DNA of 64,000 nucleotides from Candidatus Poribacteria bacterium (lineage in GTDB: Bacteria; Poribacteria; WGA-4E; PCPOR2b): the NCBI GenBank assembly GCA_965116925.1, contig OZ220744.1, forward strand, positions 2,880,001 through 2,944,000, in the 5' to 3' direction. Position 1 is the stretch's first letter; each line of letters begins with the position of its first letter. The translations under genes and the position numbers were made by a program. Shown here piece after piece: positions 29,989-38,594 of this stretch. The notes under the pieces were generated by a model that saw nothing but the letters and a program-made list of their open reading frames with translations, was not told where the DNA came from and made no database searches.

Positions 29989-30738
29989 ATGAACCAACAA
30001 AATGCCCTCATCTTTTTCCTACTTTTCGCCCTTATTCTCGGTACGGCTATATCTGTTCCAACCCACTCCAATGAGAATGATGATAGTGATCTTTTCACCT
30101 TTGTAAGGTTAAGGTACACCGGAAACAGTTGGTACGGTAACGGTTGGGATGTCGATTTGCCTGCCTCTGATAGAAATTTTATCCGAAAACTCGCCCAAGC
30201 AACAGACATGCCCGTTGTCCAGCGCGAAAAGATTATCTCTGTCGGGTCCCCAGAACTTTTCAACTACCCCTTTGCTTACATCTTGGAAGTTGGTACGCTT
30301 AACCTGACCAATGCAGAAGCGGCAAACCTCCGTGAGTATCTACTTCGCGGCGGCTTTATCATGGTTGACGACTTCCACGGCGGGGCGGAATGGCACCATT
30401 TTTATCGCCAACTCAAGAAAATTTTCCCAGAACGCGAACCCGAAGACATCCCCATCACCCACCCGCTATTCCACTGTTTTTTCGATATCGACCAACTCCG
30501 TCAGATCCCCGGTCTGAGATCCATATTCAACGGACGTACCTACGAGCGGCGCGACGGCTATCCTGCCTATTGTCGGGGTGTTTATGATGACCACGGACGT
30601 CTAATGATGATGATTAATTTCAATACGGATTTGGGAGATGCATGGGAACATGCAGCGGAAGGTTTTTATCCACGCGAGTACTCGGATTGGGCGTACCGTC
30701 TGGGAATCAACGCTGTGGTTTACGCATTGACGCATTAG
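29989..30738 (+). CDS. DUF4159 domain protein
   Basis: Signal peptide; FTFVRLRY, NLREYLLRGGFIMVDDF, NTDLGDAWE, RLGINAVVYALTH. Confidence 0.88.
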   Translation: MNQQNALIFFLLFALILGTAISVPTHSNENDDSDLFTFVRLRYTGNSWYGNGWDVDLPASDRNFIRKLAQATDMPVVQREKIISVGSPELFNYPFAYILEVGTLNLTNAEAANLREYLLRGGFIMVDDFHGGAEWHHFYRQLKKIFPEREPEDIPITHPLFHCFFDIDQLRQIPGLRSIFNGRTYERRDGYPAYCRGVYDDHGRLMMMINFNTDLGDAWEHAAEGFYPREYSDWAYRLGINAVVYALTH

Positions 30739-30952
30739 CGTAAAATCTCGCCACTCATGTTAAGAATGAGTGCAACAGCACCGACTTGCCTCAAAAACCG
30801 TAGGTGCTCCAGTCCGCCTACCTGCTCTCGGCACGGACGGGGATCCTCTCGGACTTGTCCCGCTCTCAACGCCTTCACCATAATTGCACTCCGTTTTTAC
30901 ATGAGCCTCCTTTTTTTAAGAATGTCCGATAACCGAGTTTATCAGACTTCTT

Positions 30953-31309
30953 TCACTCCCCCTCGCCGCCCCGCAGGTTGACGATCGCTTCGTTTTCGGT
31001 GTTGAAGTGTTGGAACATCGTGATCGGCTTCACCTTGACGAAGATGCTGCTGATGCTGTGACTGAGGTCGACCACGCCGGCTTGTCCGCCCCGTTGTGCG
31101 ATTGATACGTGCAACCCCGCCAACGCGCCGATCCCGACGCTGTCTATCCGGGGTATATGGCTGAAATCAAACAAAAAGTTGGGCGATTCTGGGATACCCG
31201 CCATTTCGTTGAGAATGGCGCGTTTGAACTGAGTGCTCGCCGGTCCGATGATGCGTCCGACTGGACGGACGATGACAACGCCGTCTTTTGTGCCGGTCTA
31301 TATTTTCAT
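30953..31309 (-). pseudogene. STAS-domain anti-sigma-factor antagonist with a premature TAG at codon 4
   Basis: GGGAGG SD, then MKI*TGTKDGVVIVRPVGRIIG...LFDFSHIPRIDSVGIGAL (STAS phosphoacceptor motif). Confidence 0.7.
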
Positions 31310-31801
31310 ATCCGCCTCCCGCTATGCTAGAACTGCCCGAAGACAAAGGAGGCAATCGCAAGAAATGCCTTGTATGTTGTCCGGATAGGCATATGACCCG
31401 AACAGGCACAGCGAGCGACAGATCGGGCAGCCATAACCTCATGAAGTTGTATAAAAGGATTCGCTTTCCGTCCTTTCCATACCCCGGCGCGGGTGTGCGG
31501 CAGGCATCACCGAGCAGTGAAGTCGCCTCCTGCCGCTGGAAAGGATATGTATAGGGTAGCAGCCATAAAAAAGGGTTGTCAACACAAAAAAGGGGCGGGC
31601 GGAGATGGGGTGATGCGTCTGTTATCCACCTTAAAAAGTAAAAAAAGTTGTGTCTAACTCGTGTCCAGAGGATTTTGGCTATCAGCATGAAATCGCCCCC
31701 GTAGGGACCTATCGGGCGGCGATTCCTTATAATTTTTCGGTTTACCGGGCAAAAATGCTACAGGTCACCTTACGGCTGAGCAAAGCCTGATTGACTCTCA
31801 C

Positions 31802-32230
31802 CTATTGTGAGTGATGCTGATTCAAGTGTTCAATGTGATTCTGGTTGAGTTGTCTCATTTCCGAGCGCACTTCAGCTATTTCAGCGTTCATATCAGAAAG
31901 CCGTTGATTCATCTCGGACCGCAAGCCGTCGATTCGCTGGTTGGTTTCACCAATTCGCTGGTTGGTTTCACCAATTCGCTGATTAGTTTCACCAATTCGC
32001 TGATTGACCTCAACGAACCGCTTATCACTCATAGCGATCATTTCAGAGAATTGCTTATCCATCCGCTCCTCAAGACGTTCTAAGGCATGAACGAATGTTT
32101 CACCTTGCTTGTCGATTTTCTTATCGTTTTGTCCAGTACGATAGAAATAGATGGCAAGTTGACCAATGAAGCCCGCGACGATAAATAGTACCAGTATCGT
32201 GTGTGACGGAGACCATGACCCGAAATCCAT
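31802..32230 (-). CDS. Small membrane-anchored coiled-coil protein with heptad repeats
   Basis: GGAGGTG SD; N-terminal TM helix; (ETNQRIG)n encoded by 21-bp tandem repeats at 31932-32006. Confidence 0.75.
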   Translation of the reverse strand: MDFGSWSPSHTILVLFIVAGFIGQLAIYFYRTGQNDKKIDKQGETFVHALERLEERMDKQFSEMIAMSDKRFVEVNQRIGETNQRIGETNQRIGETNQRIDGLRSEMNQRLSDMNAEIAEVRSEMRQLNQNHIEHLNQHHSQ

Positions 32231-32470
32231 AAGTATCACCTCCCTTTCCCATAGAAATACTTCGCAACCGCGCCCCGTTCTGCTTGACTAGGGGATGCAG
32301 TAAGAACGGCGTTAATGTTGTGTAAAGTGATTTCCGGTGACTTGCTGACCGGTGCTGCAGAATCTTATGAGTTTGAAAAGCCCAATCTTCCGAAAAGTGT
32401 AGCGGATCTCGAAAAGCAGTTGACCCCAGAGCTGCCTACCGCCGTGCCCATTTTTCCCTTTTGTCAAGTA

Positions 32471-34429
32471 TTAGAACTTGCCAAAAACGCGCACAAAGGT
32501 CTCCATGTAATTATCATCGTTCACATCTGCGTTGGCGCGCTGATCGATGTATTGGGCCCCGATGTGGAGAAACAGCTCTTTTTCGTAGGCGACAAAACTC
32601 TTTTCCATCTCCGCTAGAAGGGCTTGGCGAGTAAAATCGTTTCCATCATCACGCATATCGTTGAAGAACAGGACCTGCCCACCTCCGGTGATCTTGATTG
32701 TCTTGGTGAACTGATAAACAACCTTGAGAATAAACGCAGCCGCTGCGTCACGTACATCCGCCGCTTCAATTACGCGAAGCCGGATATTGCGTAAAGCCTC
32801 CTCACCATCAATCTCCCCAACCAATGAGAGATGTTCCAAACGGTCTTCTGCCATCTGAAAGCCATTGCGAATCGTGTACTTAAACATCGGCGTAATTTCG
32901 AGCGATTTGGATGGACGAATGCGGTAGTTGGTTTTCAGGATGCCGACTTCGTAATGTTTGTTATTCCGGTCAAAATCGAGATTGTATCGTAGCTTAAAAC
33001 GTCCCGTTGTGACCATCTGCTTAATTCCCGAATACTCCCAAGTGAGTTTAGCGGTGTTGATGAGATCATTCTGCATCAACAATGGATCTTTGCGTCGCTT
33101 CTCGACCTCAACGCCCCCATCTATAGGAAAAAACGTTACATCTCCTCTCGCTTCCATTCTTTGCACATCAGACTGAGACCGGTAAAGTTGTCCTTCCTCC
33201 CGGCTTAAAAAACCGGCAAAGTACCAAGTCTCATCGGGAATGCGGTCTTTTACCCACTTCAATTCGTTCTCAACAATCAGGGCAGCATCCTGAGAGAGAT
33301 CCTTGTTGTAAACTAGGTTGGTGAACGCTTTTGTTGACGTCGAAGAATAGCGAAACGCTGTATCTCTGAGGTCTTTCTCAAATTGCAAGCCAACATCAAG
33401 GTCTGTGGAACTTCCACTACGATTTGTCTTCCGTTTCATCAGTAGCCGCAGACCTCGCAAGCCAGCATCAAATTCATAGTTGGGATCTTTATCGTTCTCT
33501 TCCTCGTCCCGGAGGCCATTGTTATTCTGATCTCTTTCGTCAAGGAAATCCTCATCGACATCAAAGAGCAGAATATCATCCTCATAATCGAAAGTACCGT
33601 TGTTGTTCTTATCAAGGTCACCGGGAATAATCAGAGAAGGCGGATCTAGCCACGTGTTATCAGTGTACCGATCCTGATCATCGTTATCCCCAACAGAGCG
33701 GGAGGCATCGAAACGGGGACCGACGCGGAAGGCTTCCCCCTGAAAAATTGTGTCCCCAACAGTTCGGAATGCCTTAAACACTGTCGTTGTTGCCTCAAAA
33801 CGCGAACTGAGATCCTTTCTCAATGCACTTTTTGGCGTCGTGGCAAACTCTGCCTTTAGACCATAGTTGGCAAAGTTGGTTTCCATGTCTATAGCCCATA
33901 CGGGCGTGTCCCGGAAGTACCAAGAAGCCCCCAACTTGGATTTTCCAAATTTCGTCACTTCGCGTATGCCGATACCAGATCCCTCAACACCTTCTTGACC
34001 GATTACCGGGTTGAGCAGACCGGGAACCATTAAGATCATCCAATCAGTGCGCTCGGAACGCACATCCCAACGTACACCTGAAAGATCAATCTGATCGAAG
34101 GTAAACTTTGTAAAGGTAGTGGGAACCTCTCCCAAACTCAAGATGTTTTTGACATTGCCGGCGGTCTCCTCAATAATCATGACACTGTGGAAGCCGCGCC
34201 GAAACACGCGGTCAAAATCGAACTCGTTCTGCCGGACTGAATCCTCCTCTGTATCTGCAAGAAAGTCGCGTTTATTGGTGAAATCATATTCCACACGCCC
34301 TGATAGAAAAAGCTTACCAAATAGACTATAGACATCCTCAGCCTCTACCGGAAAGATTATAAGACTGAAAAGAAAAAAACACACAAAGCCGAAGATCGAA
34401 AACTTCGCCTTTGCTTGCCATTTATTCAT
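32471..34429 (-). CDS. Uncharacterised outer-membrane beta-barrel-like protein with an Asp-rich Ca-binding-like insert
   Basis: Signal peptide ending VEA; amphipathic strands; terminal VRVFGKF; GDNDDQD, GDLDKNNNGTFD, DQNNNGLRD motifs. Confidence 0.65.
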   Translation of the reverse strand: MNKWQAKAKFSIFGFVCFFLFSLIIFPVEAEDVYSLFGKLFLSGRVEYDFTNKRDFLADTEEDSVRQNEFDFDRVFRRGFHSVMIIEETAGNVKNILSLGEVPTTFTKFTFDQIDLSGVRWDVRSERTDWMILMVPGLLNPVIGQEGVEGSGIGIREVTKFGKSKLGASWYFRDTPVWAIDMETNFANYGLKAEFATTPKSALRKDLSSRFEATTTVFKAFRTVGDTIFQGEAFRVGPRFDASRSVGDNDDQDRYTDNTWLDPPSLIIPGDLDKNNNGTFDYEDDILLFDVDEDFLDERDQNNNGLRDEEENDKDPNYEFDAGLRGLRLLMKRKTNRSGSSTDLDVGLQFEKDLRDTAFRYSSTSTKAFTNLVYNKDLSQDAALIVENELKWVKDRIPDETWYFAGFLSREEGQLYRSQSDVQRMEARGDVTFFPIDGGVEVEKRRKDPLLMQNDLINTAKLTWEYSGIKQMVTTGRFKLRYNLDFDRNNKHYEVGILKTNYRIRPSKSLEITPMFKYTIRNGFQMAEDRLEHLSLVGEIDGEEALRNIRLRVIEAADVRDAAAAFILKVVYQFTKTIKITGGGQVLFFNDMRDDGNDFTRQALLAEMEKSFVAYEKELFLHIGAQYIDQRANADVNDDNYMETFVRVFGKF

Positions 34430-34472
34430 ATATTGAGATTCCCTTTACATTTTGCATGTTGTATTTCACTCC

Positions 34473-37400
34473 TTATATTCCATCATGGTCAAATCGCTCA
34501 GTATAAACCGTCCATGTGTCCGTCAGCGAATCATATCGGGTCAATCCACCATGTGTGCCAAACCAGAGGTAGTCGCCATCAATTGCAATCGATAGGATAC
34601 CATTATGGGGAAGTCCATCAGCTTTAGTGAAGGTCGTAAACTGCCCGGTGGTTTTGTCCAACATGGTAACCCCCTTGTCGAATGTACCGAACCAGACCCG
34701 ATCTCCGCGGATTGCCATTGATGTAATTAGATTTGAACCCAAGCCATCGGCTTCCGTAAGTATCTTCCACGTTTCATTCACGGTGTCGTAAACCGTTACG
34801 CCGCGCCCACTTCCGAACCAGACCTGCCCATCGTCGATGGTAATACAACTGACCTCATCGCTAGCTAACCCCTTCTTTTGGGTAAAGGTGGTCCATGTCC
34901 CCTGTCTGAGTGTATAGAGCGAAACCCCTGTTTTTGTCCCCGCCCAAACGTGGCTGTCATTGACCGCTAAACATCGAACATCGTCATTTTTCAGACTCTT
35001 AGCGTATTTTCCTTCCACCGTTGGCAAGATCTCAATAGCGGCGTTATATGTTTCCCAAGCATTGCGATCCTCGGAAAGAATACTGTGCTTGCTAATACCG
35101 TTTTTCGTGCCAATCCACACATCGCTTCGATTCTCGACAACTGCTCGAATATCAACGCTCGGTAGTTGATTCTCTTTGGTGTACGATTCAAACCGATCCG
35201 CGATTTTATCGTACCGACCAACACCACCCTCAGTCGCAATCCAAATATACCGCCTATCGACCGATAAATCAATGACATTGTTGTCAACAAGTTCATTTTT
35301 CTCCTCTTTTTCCCCCTCCTCTTCGTCGTCCTCCGCTTCGTCTCCATTGTCTTCCTCGTCTCGCTCTTCCTCCGACCTCTGAAAATGCTTCCATTTATCG
35401 TACCGCTTATCGTATCGGCTCATGCCGCGGTGTGTACCGACCCAAACATATCGGGAATCGGTAGCAACAGCTACCGCCCGCCGATCTGCCAAAGTTGTCG
35501 GTTTGGTGAAGGAGGTCCATATTTCTTTCTCCTTATCGTAGCGGCTCAAGCCCCTTGATGTACCCACCCATACGTACTTTGAATCGGCTTTAAGTTGGTA
35601 TCTCCAAACGCTATCATGAACGAGTCCATCTTCGACCGTGTAAACTGTCCATGCCCCGGATGCTTGCGAGTATTTTAGCACGCCTTCACTACCTGTGCCG
35701 ACCCAGAAGCCATCGCTATCCTCCGAAATAGCTTCAACTGATGATTCGGGGAGTCCATCGCTTTGTGTGAAGGAGGTCCACGACTCACCAGCTTTATCGT
35801 ATCTGTTGATGCCCTCCCACCCGAAGCACCAAACGTAATCCTCGCTGACCTGTCCATACCTAGTCCAATTAACCCGCAGCCCTTTGCGTCTATCATAAAT
35901 TGTCCAAGTATCGTCGGTGGGCTGATAGTAACTCACACCGCTCGTTCCCCGGTCACTGACCCACGAGTAAGAACTTCCACCGCTGGTCCACACCCCCTCT
36001 CCGTCCGCCGCAATCCACTCGCCGGAGCGTGAAGCCATACCTTGCGCCTCTGTGTATGACCGCCAAGTTTTCGTCGCCCGCTCATACCTCTTGACCCCAA
36101 CGCCATTTGTGGAAAACCAGACATAATCTTTCGTACAGGCAATGTCTTCGATGTACGTCCCGGGACCCGCTTCTGTCACCTGCACTGACTCCCATTTTTC
36201 AGTTCGTGTATCATAGTGCGCCGCTACGCCACCTAGGAAGGCGACCCAAACACTATATGGTTCGTCAACCTCAATCAGCGTGGCATGGTGTCCCGGTAGC
36301 CCTGAAGACTTTGTAAAGTGGGTCCATGTATCAGATATTTTATTGTATCGTAGAACACCGCCATCCCCTGTAGCGCACCAGACATTTTCTGTGCCCACCG
36401 CCATCCGGCGAACCGCGGTGATAAACGGAACTTCGGAGGAGAGTGGTAGTGCGTCCTTCGTGTACTCTACCCACGTATCGGTGCGGCGATCAAATTTCAG
36501 AATTGCACCATTTGGGGAAGCCGCCCAGTTGAGCACCCACAGGTGGTGCCCATCTAACTCCATCCAACGTGCCTCATCTTCTCTCAAAATCTCTGTATCG
36601 TGATATGGTGTATGCTTCTCCCATCGATCTTCCTCCATCTCATAGATCGCAAGTCCGGCAACCGTACCGAAAAAAATCTGCTTATCTACAACCGCAATGC
36701 TCTGAACATTGTTATGTAGTAAACCCTCCGGCTGCATCGTGACAACCTGTTGCACTCGATTTCCATCGGAGCGTGCAATGCCACCCGGTGTACCGATCCA
36801 GACGGTTTCTCCGTCTGCCGCAACAGCCCTAACATTCAGGTTCGGCAAACCCTCGGTGATGTGGGTTACCCCCCTTATCCCCCCGCTAGCAGGGGGATAA
36901 AAGGGGGCTCGAATAACCCACAATCCATTCCGTGTGCCGACCAGCAATCGCCCATCTGGGCTGAACGCAAGTGTGTTGACATAATCTGCCACCATCGGAA
37001 AGGGTACAAATTTATCTATCGTCGCATCTCTCCGATATAATCCTTCAGCTGTTCCCGCCCAGACCTCCTCACCAATTGCCAACACCGCTGTCACCCACTT
37101 ACCAGCGAGATAGGGTTGACGTGAAACGTGAAACGTGAAACGTGATGGATTGGGCACCCGCGATGTCCCCATTAAGACACTCAATCCACCTTTTGTCCCG
37201 ACCCAAACGTGATTGGAGAGGCTAATGCAGGTAACGAAATTGTTTACGAGTCCATTTTGCTCGGTATAGAAACGCCACCGTTCCTTCTCTAGTTTTCCCA
37301 ACCCCAAGGGCGTCCCAACCCATAGTGTTCCATCGTTGGCATCACCCGCCAAAGCGGTCATATAGTTTGTCGTTAAACCATCTGCTTTGGTGTAGTTCCG

Positions 37401-38594
37401 CCACGTTTTTTCGCGATGCGCGTAGCGGCTCAAACCTTTATTTGTACCAACCCAGAGTGCATCTCCAGTTGAAACCAGTGTCTTAATCTGATTTGACGCC
37501 AGCATATCCCGTTTGGAATACCATGTCCATCCATCTGTCACTTTATCGTATTGACCCAAACCGTGCTCGTAAGTGCCAATCCAAATAGTCCTACCATCAA
37601 TAACCAACGAAGTAATGTGATCGCTAACCAATCCCTGCGCTGTGGTGTACTTGAACCAAGTGTCCACTGTTGTGATGTACCGCCGAATTCCACGGTCCGC
37701 CGAACCAAACCAGACATTGTCCCCATCCACCGCAATCGCCCTGATGAAATCGCTCTCTATGCGATCCGTTCGGGTATGACTCTCGGTGAAGGTCTGATTG
37801 ATTGTACTGTATTTGCTTACGCCCGATTTCTCTGTGCCCACCCAAACAGCATCAGGGCTCAAAGCGATACAGCGAATATGGTTTTCTACCACTCCTTCCT
37901 CTGTCGTGTAAGTGTTCCATGCGTCCTTGGGCTTATCGTAGCGCCGCAGCCCGTCTTCTGTGCCAAACCAAACATACTCGGATTCGACAGCAATTTCGGT
38001 GATTGCGTTAAACCGATCTTTATCTTTCTCTTGTTGCAACGCCCACGCCTTGGTTGTCTTATCATAACGCGAAATACCTGCCTCAGTCCCAACCCAGACA
38101 TAATTTCCGTCCACGGCAATGGCGGTGACTCTGTTGCTCGCCAAGCCGTCGCGCCGCTGGAACTTTTTCCAACGTTTATTTTCCAATTCATAGAGACTAA
38201 CCCCAAGCGTCGTACCTATCCAGACCGATTTTCCATCGGCGGCGATTGCAGTGACATCATCAGAGAGTAGCCCATCTTCCCTGTCTAATTTCGTCCAACG
38301 GTTATCTCCCTTATGATAGACACTGACACCTCGATCTGTCCCTACCCAGACGTAGTCCACTGAAGTTGAAACACAACGGACATTATCACTCACCAACGCT
38401 TGTTCCGCTGCTGTTTGTGTAATCGCTGCTTCTTCCGGAACAACCGATTTTTCTTCTCGCCGATCAACTTGAGTGGTGCTGCAGCCAAGATAAAATAGCA
38501 GAATCAACACAACAGGACAACGGGATAACAGTCGCTCTCTCGTTTTCACGTTCTCTCGTCTTCTCGTCTTCTCGTCTTTGTTAATCTTCCGCAT
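34473..38594 (-). CDS. Giant multi-beta-propeller lipoprotein (two-component-regulator propeller-like repeats), paralogue 3
   Basis: Repeated WxGTxxGLxxYD...W..Y...DGL..N.V..IA.D blades; lipobox YLGC; start taken at ATG 38594, overlapping the upstream stop. Confidence 0.8.
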   Translation of the reverse strand: MRKINKDEKTRRRENVKTRERLLSRCPVVLILLFYLGCSTTQVDRREEKSVVPEEAAITQTAAEQALVSDNVRCVSTSVDYVWVGTDRGVSVYHKGDNRWTKLDREDGLLSDDVTAIAADGKSVWIGTTLGVSLYELENKRWKKFQRRDGLASNRVTAIAVDGNYVWVGTEAGISRYDKTTKAWALQQEKDKDRFNAITEIAVESEYVWFGTEDGLRRYDKPKDAWNTYTTEEGVVENHIRCIALSPDAVWVGTEKSGVSKYSTINQTFTESHTRTDRIESDFIRAIAVDGDNVWFGSADRGIRRYITTVDTWFKYTTAQGLVSDHITSLVIDGRTIWIGTYEHGLGQYDKVTDGWTWYSKRDMLASNQIKTLVSTGDALWVGTNKGLSRYAHREKTWRNYTKADGLTTNYMTALAGDANDGTLWVGTPLGLGKLEKERWRFYTEQNGLVNNFVTCISLSNHVWVGTKGGLSVLMGTSRVPNPSRFTFHVSRQPYLAGKWVTAVLAIGEEVWAGTAEGLYRRDATIDKFVPFPMVADYVNTLAFSPDGRLLVGTRNGLWVIRAPFYPPASGGIRGVTHITEGLPNLNVRAVAADGETVWIGTPGGIARSDGNRVQQVVTMQPEGLLHNNVQSIAVVDKQIFFGTVAGLAIYEMEEDRWEKHTPYHDTEILREDEARWMELDGHHLWVLNWAASPNGAILKFDRRTDTWVEYTKDALPLSSEVPFITAVRRMAVGTENVWCATGDGGVLRYNKISDTWTHFTKSSGLPGHHATLIEVDEPYSVWVAFLGGVAAHYDTRTEKWESVQVTEAGPGTYIEDIACTKDYVWFSTNGVGVKRYERATKTWRSYTEAQGMASRSGEWIAADGEGVWTSGGSSYSWVSDRGTSGVSYYQPTDDTWTIYDRRKGLRVNWTRYGQVSEDYVWCFGWEGINRYDKAGESWTSFTQSDGLPESSVEAISEDSDGFWVGTGSEGVLKYSQASGAWTVYTVEDGLVHDSVWRYQLKADSKYVWVGTSRGLSRYDKEKEIWTSFTKPTTLADRRAVAVATDSRYVWVGTHRGMSRYDKRYDKWKHFQRSEEERDEEDNGDEAEDDEEEGEKEEKNELVDNNVIDLSVDRRYIWIATEGGVGRYDKIADRFESYTKENQLPSVDIRAVVENRSDVWIGTKNGISKHSILSEDRNAWETYNAAIEILPTVEGKYAKSLKNDDVRCLAVNDSHVWAGTKTGVSLYTLRQGTWTTFTQKKGLASDEVSCITIDDGQVWFGSGRGVTVYDTVNETWKILTEADGLGSNLITSMAIRGDRVWFGTFDKGVTMLDKTTGQFTTFTKADGLPHNGILSIAIDGDYLWFGTHGGLTRYDSLTDTWTVYTERFDHDGI

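Noticed and set aside
31298..31300. Amber recoding (pyrrolysine or alternative genetic code) in the STAS gene
   Set aside because: TAG serves as a normal stop for other genes here (C25 peptidase, DUF4159) and no pyl genes are present
31167..31688. 173-aa ORF and similar short ORFs in 7846-8552 and 14834-15091
   Set aside because: No recognisable motifs; they overlap repeats, promoters or better-supported frames
37551..38270. Long antisense ORFs (239 aa here, 190 aa at 6361-6933, 191 aa at 38578-39153)
   Set aside because: Shadow frames opposite strong genes, with no domain signal
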